Assembly (NCBI GenBank): GCA_048538275.1
Contig: JBLYPW010000002.1
Location: forward strand, 2,111-66,110
Direction: 5' to 3'
DNA: 64,000 nucleotides
Origin: Candidatus Komeilibacteria bacterium
GTDB taxonomy: Bacteria > Patescibacteriota > Patescibacteriia > UBA1558
Shown piece after piece: positions 10,803 to 21,600 of this stretch. The position numbers and the translations under genes were made by a program. The notes under the pieces are model-generated. The model saw only the letters and a program-made list of their open reading frames with translations, was not told where the DNA came from and ran no database searches. Every line of letters starts with the position of its first letter. Position 1 is the first letter of the stretch.

Positions 10803-11312
10803 ATGTCTGATGATATTCGTCGGCCGCTCCGCCAAACAATGGAGCGACCGGTTAGCAAAATGATAGACAAGCCATCACGCCCATGGCAGAGTTTGTTTTT
10901 CTCTAGCGTTTGGTTGGGTAGAATGCTTTTATTGGCGGTGATTATTATTTTATTAGCTTGGTGGTGGCAAGACCAAAGGAGTTCGGTGGATTATTTGGCG
11001 GAGTATAATATTCAGTCAGAATGGCAAGCGGTCTTTTTGGATAATGGTCAGACTTATTTTGGTCAAGTGAAGAATGTTAATAGCCAGACTTTGTGGTTGG
11101 ATAATGTTTATTATCTTCAGTCGCAAACGCCTTTACAATCAGGGCCTCAGCCCAAAGAAGGAGAAATAGCGATTGTCAAACTGGGCAAAGAAATTCATGG
11201 CCCGGAGGCGCAGATGATTATCCCGACCGTTGGTATTAGTTATGTAGAGAATTTGAAGGACACCTCTGCAATCGTGAGGGCGATCAAACAGGCAACCCCC
11301 GGCGTTGAATAA
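10803..11312 (+). CDS. Conserved CPR-type membrane-anchored hypothetical protein (paralog of 45856..46398)
   Basis: One TM helix, then WQAVFLDNGQTYFG...YYLQ...VKLGKEIHGP; last codons (ATPGVE) are read through a REP-A copy. Confidence 0.75.
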   Translation: MSDDIRRPLRQTMERPVSKMIDKPSRPWQSLFFSSVWLGRMLLLAVIIILLAWWWQDQRSSVDYLAEYNIQSEWQAVFLDNGQTYFGQVKNVNSQTLWLDNVYYLQSQTPLQSGPQPKEGEIAIVKLGKEIHGPEAQMIIPTVGISYVENLKDTSAIVRAIKQATPGVE

Positions 11313-11384
11313 AAAAACATGGTAAAAATCAAGGAAAAATTGAAAAATAAAGCCAACCCCCGGCGTTGGCAACCCCCGGCGTTG
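11291..11384 (+). repeat. 94-bp direct repeat, copy 1 (REP-A + leader ATG + two REP-A units)
   Basis: Identical to 14898..14991 by direct reading; REP-A units at 11293, 11354 and 11370. Confidence 0.9.
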
Positions 11385-11396
11385 AATAAAATGTAA
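11319..11396 (+). pseudogene. Orphan N-terminal leader (MVKIKEKLKNKANPRRWQPPALNKM*)
   Basis: Same first 22 codons as the 14926 gene, then a stop four codons after the REP. Confidence 0.65.
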
Positions 11397-11411
11397 TTAT
11401 TTAGTCAATAA

Positions 11412-14400
11412 ATGAAAAAAAGCACAACCTATTATATATCTATATTATTTACTGCCATTATTATTGTGGCGGGTTTAGTTTATCTTTTTCAGGCATATAA
11501 TGTATGGGCATATTTGAATCCTGGCGCTGATCCAATACATTATTGGAATATGGATGAAATGGACTACAATACTTGTCCTAGTGGTGGCGATGTTTGTGAT
11601 ATGACTGGTGTATATAATGGGACAGCTTATGGCAGTATTGGGTGGGTAGGAGAAGATGAGTGCGTTGCTGGCGGTTGTATGTATTTTGACGGAGTGGATG
11701 ATTATGTCAACTTTGGTGATATACCAAGTGTAGAAGGTGATTTGTCTATATCTTTTTGGATACGACCAACAGATATGACTTATCGTCAAAATCCTTTAGG
11801 TAAGGCATATTATGATGAATTTGATTTTACTTTAGAAATAGATGACGGTCTGCAGTATTATCATGGTGAGACATCAAGCTTTTATTATGGTGTTACAACA
11901 GATCCGGAATATTATTTGAGTAATAATCAATGGCAGCACATTGTTGTTACTAGAGACGTGAGCGCACGTACGGGGGTGTATTATGTTAATGGCGCAGCGA
12001 TTAAAACATTTAATTGGGATGCTAGTCGGGATCCAACTGCGGGGGGTGTAAATTTTCAATTTGGTAAGACTTATATTGCGAATGAGTATAAAGGTTATTT
12101 AGATGAAGTAAAAATTTACAATTATCAGAGAAATGCATCCCAGGTGGCTGCTGATTACAATGCCGGCATAGCCGGCCATACTCCTAAAATTGGGTCAGGA
12201 GTTGCTTTAGGATCAAATAATAATGCTGATCCGGGAGTACCTTATGCTTATTGGCAAATGGATGATAGCGCTGTGCCTGGCATAGCTTATGATAGCAGTG
12301 GTAATGGCTTTACTGGAATACCGGCTAATATTTCTTGGGAGCCGGGAAAGAGAGGTAATGCTGCATTATTTAATTCTTCCTCGGATAAAATTACTTTACC
12401 TTATACGTGGCAAGTTACGGATTCTACAAAGCCTTTTGGGTCTAAGAATAGCGACATGTCAATTAGCATGTGGATCTATCCAACCGTTGATAATGCCACC
12501 TGTTCTAATCATAACATCTGTAATATTATGTTTGCTAATGCCGGCACTGCTATAGATGATAATTTTGAAATGGGTTGGTATCAAGATACTGTAAATTTTT
12601 ATATGGAGTTAAGTGGAACAGATTATGAAGTTTTTGTTTCTTCAAATATGATAATACGTGAAAATGCTGAGTGGAGATATATTACCTTGACTAAGTCTTC
12701 AACCGCTGGCGTGAAAGTATATGTGAATGGTATTTTACAAGCCACCTACCCCACTTTAACAGGTACATTTAATGTTAACGGCGTTCAAGGAAATGATTTG
12801 ATGATCGGCCAAACAAATAATACGGGAGTGTATTATAGTGGCTATATTGATGATCTTAGAATTTATGATTATGCTATTGAGGAAAAGCAAATATTAAATG
12901 ATATGTATGCTGCTAAAGGCACGCATCCAATATTGCACTATGCTTTTGAAGAAAATGGTAATACAGCGGCTTCTGATAGCACTCTATCAGCTTTTCAAGG
13001 CACGATAAATGGTTCTCCAAACAGATCGCAGGATGGCGTTTTGGGCAGGGGGTTATATTTTGATGGGTCTGACGATAGAATTGCTATTAGTAATTGGGGT
13101 TATCCTGCGAGCTGGTCTGATTATTTTTCTATTTCAACATGGATAAATGTTCCGGCTTCAGAAACTTGGACCAATGGCTATAAGAGCGCTATTATGGGCA
13201 GAGGGGATGGTGCCGGTTCTCATGGGTTGATAAGACAAACTACCAATAATCAAGTGGCAATGTATGTTAGAGGCGATAATGGTGAAATATATGCGAGCGG
13301 CACTATAACACGGGACAGCTGGCATCATTTAGTGGGAATATGGGACGGGACACAAGTTGCGCTATATATAGATGGGGTATTAGAAAGTCAGACAGGCACA
13401 GCGAGAACTGGTTCGCCTGCTGCGAACACTTGGTATGTCAATGGTCCGGTGACCTTTGGTGGTAATATTGGCCAATATAATGAAGGTGGGCTAGATGAAT
13501 TAAAATTTTATAACTATGCATTAAGTTCTGATGATATTGCCAATGATTTTAATTATGGTTCGGCAGTTGTTTTGGGTGCCGACAAAACTAGTTCATCTTC
13601 TTGGGTTGATGGTGGGTTTGGTGGGGATCCGCTATTAGCTTATTGGAATTTTGAAGAGGGTAGTGGTAGTATAGCACAAGATATAAGCAGTAACGGTTAT
13701 TTGGGTACTTACGTGGGCTCTCCCCAGTATAGCTTGGGTAAGATAGGCTGGGGTTTAGAGTTTGATGGAGGCGATTATATTAATATCGCTGATAATTTAG
13801 GAGATCCAACTGCGATTACTATAGAGCTGTGGTTTAAAAAGTCCAACATCAATGCAGGATCGCAATACATGATGGATGCTAGAAATGGCGGCACTTGGTG
13901 GTGGTTACAGGATTATGTTGCCGGCGTTTGTACAGATAGCAATGGCAATATTTGTTTTGATGCAAGGGCTGAGATTCCATCTTCAGAACTTTCTAATAAT
14001 ACATGGTACCACGTGGCAGTTACTGACGACGCTAGTGCGGTTAAATTATATCTTGATGGCAGGTTGATAGCTACAGGCACTGGTGAAGATCCTGGTTTAG
14101 GGACAAATTTACGAATAGGCACACGATACACTGATGCTAATAGGTTTGTTGGCAGCATGGATGAAATTAAGATATTTAATTATGTTCGTTCTCAAGCACA
14201 AATAGCTTTTGATATGAATGGGGGTAAGCCAACAGCTCATTGGAATTTTGACGAGAATACTGGAACCTCAGCTTATGATAGATATGGTGGCTATACGGGG
14301 ACTTTAACGGGCGATGGTGTAACGTGGGTAGACGGAAAATTTGGTTATGCGCTTAATTTTGCTGGTTCTTCAGATTATATAAATATTGAACCTCTTGATA

Positions 14401-14876
14401 CTGATTTTAATATTGATGGTAATGCTAATGTGACATTTGCTGCATGGATATATCCTACCAGCTTAGGCGCTACCCGAGGTATAATCGGTATCACAACATC
14501 TAACCGTGACTATGCTTTACAAATTAACTCGTCCAATTATTTGATTTATCATTTTAACGACGGTAGTTTTTATAATTGCACAGATTCAACATCAACCGTC
14601 AGCCTTAATACTTGGACTCACGTTGCGGCTAGTATGGAAGATACAGGTTCTAGTAGTACTAGAGTTAGATTGTATAAAGATGGTATATTGGTAAATACAT
14701 GTGATCATGCGGCTGATCCCGTTGGTACTTCCAGTGTATGGGTTATAGGTGGGCTTACCACTACCGTAGAAGAGTTTATTGGCAGTATTGATGATGTGCA
14801 GTTTTATAATTATGCTTTGTCAGATGATCAAGTTAAGAAAGCAATGTTTGCCAACAGTGCCGTCTATCTTGAATAG
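11412..14876 (+). CDS. LamG/concanavalin A-like multidomain surface protein 1 (5 LamG domains)
   Basis: N-terminal TM/signal; five repeats of YWx(F/M)(D/E)E...FDG.dDy...W.Hv....g.lDev.iYnya. Confidence 0.85.
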   Translation: MKKSTTYYISILFTAIIIVAGLVYLFQAYNVWAYLNPGADPIHYWNMDEMDYNTCPSGGDVCDMTGVYNGTAYGSIGWVGEDECVAGGCMYFDGVDDYVNFGDIPSVEGDLSISFWIRPTDMTYRQNPLGKAYYDEFDFTLEIDDGLQYYHGETSSFYYGVTTDPEYYLSNNQWQHIVVTRDVSARTGVYYVNGAAIKTFNWDASRDPTAGGVNFQFGKTYIANEYKGYLDEVKIYNYQRNASQVAADYNAGIAGHTPKIGSGVALGSNNNADPGVPYAYWQMDDSAVPGIAYDSSGNGFTGIPANISWEPGKRGNAALFNSSSDKITLPYTWQVTDSTKPFGSKNSDMSISMWIYPTVDNATCSNHNICNIMFANAGTAIDDNFEMGWYQDTVNFYMELSGTDYEVFVSSNMIIRENAEWRYITLTKSSTAGVKVYVNGILQATYPTLTGTFNVNGVQGNDLMIGQTNNTGVYYSGYIDDLRIYDYAIEEKQILNDMYAAKGTHPILHYAFEENGNTAASDSTLSAFQGTINGSPNRSQDGVLGRGLYFDGSDDRIAISNWGYPASWSDYFSISTWINVPASETWTNGYKSAIMGRGDGAGSHGLIRQTTNNQVAMYVRGDNGEIYASGTITRDSWHHLVGIWDGTQVALYIDGVLESQTGTARTGSPAANTWYVNGPVTFGGNIGQYNEGGLDELKFYNYALSSDDIANDFNYGSAVVLGADKTSSSSWVDGGFGGDPLLAYWNFEEGSGSIAQDISSNGYLGTYVGSPQYSLGKIGWGLEFDGGDYINIADNLGDPTAITIELWFKKSNINAGSQYMMDARNGGTWWWLQDYVAGVCTDSNGNICFDARAEIPSSELSNNTWYHVAVTDDASAVKLYLDGRLIATGTGEDPGLGTNLRIGTRYTDANRFVGSMDEIKIFNYVRSQAQIAFDMNGGKPTAHWNFDENTGTSAYDRYGGYTGTLTGDGVTWVDGKFGYALNFAGSSDYINIEPLDTDFNIDGNANVTFAAWIYPTSLGATRGIIGITTSNRDYALQINSSNYLIYHFNDGSFYNCTDSTSTVSLNTWTHVAASMEDTGSSSTRVRLYKDGILVNTCDHAADPVGTSSVWVIGGLTTTVEEFIGSIDDVQFYNYALSDDQVKKAMFANSAVYLE

Positions 14877-14883
14877 CTACTAA

Positions 14884-15007
14884 CAACCCCCGGCGTTGGC
14901 AACCCCCGGCGTTGAATAAAAAAACATGGTAAAAATCAAGGAAAAATTGAAAAATAAAGCCAACCCCCGGCGTTGGCAACCCCCGGCGTTGGCAACCCCC
15001 GGCGTTG
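14884..15007 (+). repeat. REP-A cluster (units at 14884, 14900, 14961, 14977, 14993), including copy 2 of the 94-bp repeat (14898..14991)
   Basis: CAACCCCCGGCGTTG units with 16-bp period; the last three lie inside the 14926 CDS. Confidence 0.92.
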
Positions 15008-18000
15008 TGGCAAAGGCCGTCATCGCCGCTTTAATAGTGGTTGGTTTTCTTGGTGGTATTACCTGGGCGGCTGGTGGCTGGGGATTTGGTAGTGGCAGCA
15101 GTAGCACGACGGATGTTTCTGTCGGCACCTCAGCCGACAAAGGCTTGATTGGTTATTGGCCATTGGATAGTGCTAGTGAGAAAGTGGGGAGTGAATTGGT
15201 TATGAATGAAGATATGGAGTTAGATAGTAATTGGTCAAGTTATAATTCTCCTACAACTAATGAACAAAGTAATGAACAAGTGTATACTGGAACATATAGT
15301 CGAAAATTTATTGCAGATGCTTTAAACGAAGGTATACGGAGTGAAAATTTTAGTGTTATTGCTGGAAAAAAATATAGAGTGACTGCCTGGATATATTCAG
15401 TGAATAAATCTTGGGCTACTCTACGTGTTAGGCATGGCGACGGCACTGGATTTGCATATAATTATGCTAATACTGTCACTAATGGAGAATGGACTTTAAT
15501 AAAAGCCGATTACACAGAGACTATAAGTGGCTCTAACGCATATATTCATTTTGATAGTGGAGGATATTCTAGTGGCACTTGGTATGTTGACAATGTTAGC
15601 ATTAAAGAAATTAAAACAGCTGACGCAACGCCATACTCTCATCACGGTACTGTTTATGGCGCGACGCAGAATGATGATGATATGACCTTTGATGGTACGG
15701 ATGATTATATTAATGCTGGTACTGCTGATATGAATACTGACGAACTTACAATTTCATTTTGGGTTTATTCTGAAGATGCTGGTGATCAGGATCATCATAT
15801 TATATCAAACGCAGACAATACTGGTTGGTATCAGCCCAATGGTTTTGATATTGGGGATGGCTGGACAGCTGGCTATTATTTTTACTATTCATATATAGGT
15901 AACGCCCATATACAGCAACACCCGTCACATATGATCGGCGTTTGGTCGCATATTACTTTTGTTTATGCTAAAGGAGATTATATGAAGGGTTATATAAATG
16001 GTGATTATTTTGCACAATCAGCTAGCGTGGGCACAGAAACTATTAATGCCGCTAATACTTTATATATCGGCAGAGCTATTCGGTCAGGCAAGTTTAAGGG
16101 AAAGCTCAAGGACGTCCGTATCTACAATCGTGCCTTATCTGACACAGAAGTGGCTAGCTTGTATAATGGTGGTAAAAGTGCCAGTAAAAATTTGGTGATT
16201 GGTAGTAAAAGTAAAGGTTTGGTCGGAGAGTGGAAGCTGGATCAGGCGAGTGAAAAGGTGGGCGATGAAATGCATTCCAATTTTGACATGGAGTCGGGTA
16301 TTACTTCGTGGACATTTGATTCCAAAACAAATGGTTCTAGAGATAGCTATACTGCTGACTTTAAGTTTGGTTTAAAATCAGTTAGAATTAAAAATTCTAC
16401 GGTAGGACCGATTGCTTTTTGGCAAGCTAAGTCCGCTTCGGTGGGTGAGTTGTATAAAGTTGTTGTTTGGGCTAAAAATATAGATTCTCCGACGATTCCG
16501 TATTTTAGTTCCGCCGGCGCTACCTTTGTTAGTGGCGATACTTCTTTTGTTGATATCAGTACGACCGAATGGCAAAAATATGAAGGGATTTTTAAGGCAA
16601 CAGATACAACTATTAATATTTACATCAGAACTGCTGCAAATGCGACCCAGGGTTATTTTTTGGTTGATAATTATTCTTTGAAACAAATATACACTAAAGA
16701 TGCAACACCTTATAGTAATAACGGCGCTATTTACGGCGCTACTTATACTACCGATCGCCAGGGTCAAGCTAATAAGGCGATGAGTTTTGATGGAGTGGAT
16801 GATTATATAAATGCGGGTAATATTTCTCAAACAAATTTTGGTACCGGTGATTTTAGTATCAGCGCTTGGATAAATACTACGGATAGTCAATTTTATATTT
16901 TAGGCAAGCAAACCTGGGGAGTAGCAGAAGGTTTTTTTCTAGGCACAAAAGCTGGATATGATGGTGGGGATGATAATTATTTTTGGTTTGATACTGGTTA
17001 TAGTTCTGCTAATGCTAAAATTTTAACCTCACTAATTAATACTGGACAATGGGTCCATGTAGTTGCGATCAGAAGTAATGGAGTTGGTTATATTTATGTT
17101 AATAATGCTTTGGAAGTTACGGATAGTAGTAATTCCCAGAATGTTGACTCAAATGCTAGTCTGACTATAGGACGCCGGACGGGTAGCGGGTATTATTTGG
17201 ATGGTGATCTAAGCGACGTCCGTATCTACGATCGTGCTTTGTCAGCGGAAGAAATAGCTTCTTTGTATAATTCTTACAATCCAATAATATCTACCGGTAG
17301 TCTGCAAAAGGGTTTGGTTTTGGACATGCCGCTGGATAGTAAGCGGGAAAAGGTGGGTGGTGAAACTATTACTAATGGTGATGCGGAAATAGGCGATGTC
17401 ACGGGTTGGTCTGTCCAAGGGGGCGCGAGTAGAAGTTCTGTTATATCGCAATTACATAGCGGTACATATTCTCTACAGGTTACAAATTCTAATACTTCTG
17501 GGGGCTTACCCTATAATTTCATTTATCAGCAAGTTAATGGATTAACAATTGGAGCTACTTATAGAACTGTGGCTTGGGTTAAGGGAGCTACTAGCTCTGA
17601 CACTGGCTACATTGGTGTGTCGGACGATATTGTACAGGGAGAAGCATCTTATTATGGTTCGGATGGCGGTCCTAATCATTCTGATTGGACAAAATTAAGC
17701 GTTACCTTTGTGCCGGAAGCTACTACAGTTTATGTTCAATTATATTCTAACTCAGGTGCTAATATATCGTATTGGGACGATATTAGTTTAAAAGAAATCC
17801 AAACAGCTGACACTACCACTTATTCAAATCATGGAGTTGTTTATGGCGCAACGCAGAATAGTGATAGCATGAGTTTTGATGGTAGCACTAACTATATTGT
17901 TACATCTAAGAATAATATTGAAAATACATTTACTTTTTCTGCTTGGATAAATGGTGATACTAGTTTTGATGGGCAAATATTGGGCAGGTTGAATACTACT

Positions 18001-18378
18001 TGGTCATCATCATCTGTTGGAGATTTTATTTATTACGCAGGTACTTCAGCATGGGGATTATACGGATTTTTAGGAAGTGGTGTGAATGGTGGAGCCAATT
18101 CTTATTTAATAAGCAATTCATTATCTCCTAATACTTGGTATCATTTAGTTGCAACCTATGATGGAACTACGATTAAATATTATAAGGATGGAGTAGATAT
18201 TAATGATGATAAGGCTATGCTATTCAGTGATGATGCATCGTCATTAAATATTTGGATAGGAGCAAGACAGTATAGTGGTAGTATGGCACATTTTGAAGGA
18301 GATATAGCAAATGTGAAAATCTACAATCGTGCTTTATCGGCAGATGAGGTACAATTGTTGTATAATAAGGGGAGGTAA
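14926..18378 (+). CDS. LamG surface protein 2 (3 LamG domains, each with a nested CBM4/9-like insert)
   Basis: Leader+REP+TM; three units of [W/M].LD..SEKVG-[N.dmE...dnvSlKei]-T.D.TpYS..G.vYGAT...DvRIYnRALS. Confidence 0.85.
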   Translation: MVKIKEKLKNKANPRRWQPPALATPGVVAKAVIAALIVVGFLGGITWAAGGWGFGSGSSSTTDVSVGTSADKGLIGYWPLDSASEKVGSELVMNEDMELDSNWSSYNSPTTNEQSNEQVYTGTYSRKFIADALNEGIRSENFSVIAGKKYRVTAWIYSVNKSWATLRVRHGDGTGFAYNYANTVTNGEWTLIKADYTETISGSNAYIHFDSGGYSSGTWYVDNVSIKEIKTADATPYSHHGTVYGATQNDDDMTFDGTDDYINAGTADMNTDELTISFWVYSEDAGDQDHHIISNADNTGWYQPNGFDIGDGWTAGYYFYYSYIGNAHIQQHPSHMIGVWSHITFVYAKGDYMKGYINGDYFAQSASVGTETINAANTLYIGRAIRSGKFKGKLKDVRIYNRALSDTEVASLYNGGKSASKNLVIGSKSKGLVGEWKLDQASEKVGDEMHSNFDMESGITSWTFDSKTNGSRDSYTADFKFGLKSVRIKNSTVGPIAFWQAKSASVGELYKVVVWAKNIDSPTIPYFSSAGATFVSGDTSFVDISTTEWQKYEGIFKATDTTINIYIRTAANATQGYFLVDNYSLKQIYTKDATPYSNNGAIYGATYTTDRQGQANKAMSFDGVDDYINAGNISQTNFGTGDFSISAWINTTDSQFYILGKQTWGVAEGFFLGTKAGYDGGDDNYFWFDTGYSSANAKILTSLINTGQWVHVVAIRSNGVGYIYVNNALEVTDSSNSQNVDSNASLTIGRRTGSGYYLDGDLSDVRIYDRALSAEEIASLYNSYNPIISTGSLQKGLVLDMPLDSKREKVGGETITNGDAEIGDVTGWSVQGGASRSSVISQLHSGTYSLQVTNSNTSGGLPYNFIYQQVNGLTIGATYRTVAWVKGATSSDTGYIGVSDDIVQGEASYYGSDGGPNHSDWTKLSVTFVPEATTVYVQLYSNSGANISYWDDISLKEIQTADTTTYSNHGVVYGATQNSDSMSFDGSTNYIVTSKNNIENTFTFSAWINGDTSFDGQILGRLNTTWSSSSVGDFIYYAGTSAWGLYGFLGSGVNGGANSYLISNSLSPNTWYHLVATYDGTTIKYYKDGVDINDDKAMLFSDDASSLNIWIGARQYSGSMAHFEGDIANVKIYNRALSADEVQLLYNKGR

Positions 18379-18403
18379 TTGTCTCATTCCCAGTTTCTCT
18401 TGA

Positions 18404-18675
18404 TTCCGCCGTGGGGCGGACGAAGTGGAGAAATCTGTATTTGCCACTATAAAATATGTTCTTTTAATATACCCTTTATTGCTATTAGACTTCTCCGCTC
18501 GTCCGCACTTCGTTTGGACATCGGTCGAAGTGACTGTGAGAATATAGAAGATTGCTTCGTCCGCTTGCAGAGGCGGATCAGAGTATAATTCGTATGGTCC
18601 GTTGTATTCGTATCTATATTATTCGTATTGTAGCATCATTAGCATTTTTTCGTATCATTCGTATTAAATTTTCGT
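18404..18675. repeat. Composite intergenic repeat region: TCCGC..GCGGA hairpins, a half REPIN-B (18487..18534) and TTCGTAT short repeats
   Basis: 18487..18534 matches 46801..46848 (one mismatch) and is the reverse complement of the 33475..33522 arm; TTCGTAT occurs six times in 18589..18677. Confidence 0.7.
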
Positions 18676-21600
18676 ATGTTAAATAAGATAAAAAATTTCA
18701 TAATTCATAATTTGCTGACCTCTGTCGTCGTAGCTTTAATAGTAGTTGGTTTTATCGTTAGCATTGGCTTGGCTGTTGGTGGCGGTGGTGGTGGCGGCAC
18801 CATTACTGCTGGTGATATAAATAAAGGCCTTGTTTTTCACGCACCACTTAATAGCGAGAGTGAGAAGGTTGGGAGTGAGTTAGTTACTAATGGCGGCTTT
18901 GATAGTTCTACGGGTTGGGGCGCAGGTACTGCGTGGAGTATAGCTAATGGAGTTGCTAGTTATGATGATAGTGGGACAAGTATTTTATCTCAAAATAATG
19001 TATTTACTGTTGGAAAAAGTTATATAATAAAATTTACTATTTCTAATTCTTCTGGCAATGGGGGGTATATAGCTATTTATAGTGATGCCTCGGGGGTTGT
19101 TGGATATACTTATTATACTGATGGAACTTATGTTGTTCAGGGTACTGCTAATGGTACTCAGTTAAGAATTTATGGTTCTTCTGGTGGTAGCAGTTTTGAC
19201 ATTGATGATGTATCAGTTAAAGAAATTCAAACTGCAGACACTACACCGAATGCGAACCATGGTACTGTTTATGGTGCTACTCAGAATACTGATGATATGA
19301 GTTTTGATGGAACTGATGATTATGTTGATGTTGAAGACAGTAATATTCTTGACATACAGGTTATTGATGGAATTAGTATTAGTGCATGGATAAAACCTGT
19401 TAATACTACAGCTTCTGATACATATTCAAGTACTAATCCACAATATATAGTAATAAAAGGTGCAGCTCCATTAAATTCTAATTATTGGTTTAGAATTTTA
19501 GGACAAAAGTTAAACTTTGGGTGGAGAAATAGTGCCAATGATGGCTATAATACCAAGGATATGGATTCTCATAATTTAACTAATAATGAATGGCAACATG
19601 TTTTAGTTATCCATGATGGTTCTGATATAATATTTTATATTGATGGAGTAGAACAGGCTAGTTCTGTTTCTAGTGGTTCAATGACTGATGAGTCTATTAG
19701 TAATTCAGATTTATTGTATATTGGTGTAGAGTTTGGAAACAGTCAAAGATATTTTAATGGCTCAATCAAAGATTTTCGCATATACAACCGAGCATTAAGT
19801 GCTACTGAAGTTAAAAGTCTTTATGACTTGGGTGGGCGACAAAATCAAATCTCAACAGGTTCTTTATACAAAGGTCTTGTCTTAGATATGCCACTTAATA
19901 GTGAGAGTGAGAAAGTTGGGAGTAATATATTTACCTCCAACAATCCAAATTTTGAGAGTGATACAAATTCCCCTCCTGTATACTGGTATAACACAGGAAC
20001 ACATGTGGCTACAGCAGTAGTTGATGCCACATCCCCCAATGGTTCAAATGTAATGGAAATTGTAGCTAGTGGAACAGGTAGTTTTTCAAGTAATGCTGTA
20101 TGGAATGGTTTCTTTAAATATGGTCGTTTAGTTAGTGGAAAATCATACAGATTAATATTTTATGCCAAGTCTATTTCTGGGTCTACTATTATTAGTGGAA
20201 GGTTCCAAAGCATTTCTATTCCTAATTGGACTATAACTACAGATTGGGAAAGATATGAATATGATTTTATTGGAAATGGTGGCACATATAATGAATTATA
20301 TTTTTTGTCTGCTAGTGGAGCGGCAACTTTTAGAATTGATAATATCTTAGTCAAAGAACTCCAAACAGCTGATACAACACCTAATGCTAACCACGGCACA
20401 GTTTATGGTGCTACACAAAATGCTGATACTATGAGCTTTGATGGTGACGATTATGTAAAGATTGATAATATATTACTAGCAGATAACTTCTCAATAAGTT
20501 TTAATTACACACCTGACACAATTGGCTCTAGTAGGGAAATTATTGATATTGGAAAGAATGCATTTACTTATGAGAATTTTAGATTAGGATTATTGTCAAA
20601 CGGTGGAACAGAAACAGTAATTTCTGATACGTCTTCAACAAGAGCATTTCCAACTTCATTTCCTGCTGGAACTTTTACTTCTGGAATAAAGAAATATATT
20701 GCTGTTACTTATGACGGAACAAATTTTAGAAATTATGCTGACGGAACATTAATCTCAACATCTGCTAATGTATCATTTGCAAGTGAATTGGTTTCTACTT
20801 ATTTATTTACAAGAAATGGGGCTACCAATTTTAATGACGGTAGTCTTCAAGACGTCCGTATCTACAACCGAGCATTATCAGCTGATGAGGTTAAACAACT
20901 TTATGATTTGGGTGGACGACAAAATCAAGTCTCTACTGGTAGTTTGTATAAAGGATTGGTTTTGGATATGCCACTCAATAGTGAGAGTGAGAAGGTTGGG
21001 AGTGAGTTAGTTACTAATGGGGATATTGCAAGTAGTGGAGTTACTGACAACTGGACTGCGGTAAATTCAACATTAACAGCTGAAAATAATGGTTTAAAGG
21101 TTTCTGATAATGGTTCATATTCTTCAGCTTATCAGTTAATAAATACTGTTGTTGGAAAGAAATATAGGTTAACCTTTGATGCTGAAGAAGTTTCTGGTGG
21201 TTTTTTTGTTGTTTATACTAGTAGTACAGCACCAGACGGAACATCTTATGGGGATACAGGTAGATATGTTAGTTCTTCTACAGGAAGACAAGTAATTGAT
21301 TTTATTTCTACAACCACAACTCTTCATATAATTTTTGCTTCACAATCAACAGATTATGCTATTTATAATAATATTTCATTTAGAGAAATCCAAACAGCCG
21401 ATACAACACCAAATGCTAATCACGGCATAGTACATGGGGCTACTGTTGGAAGTGATAGTACAAGTTTTGATGGGACGGATGATTATATACAAATACCCTC
21501 TAATTCTAATTTAGACTTACAATATGTTTCAGTTTCAGCTTGGGTAAAATATGCAACTGGTGGGATTATCATTGTAAATAAATATAATACTCAACCTGGA

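Noticed and set aside
18379-18588. 69-aa ORF
   Set aside because: TTG start with no motif; it is made up of intergenic palindromic repeats.
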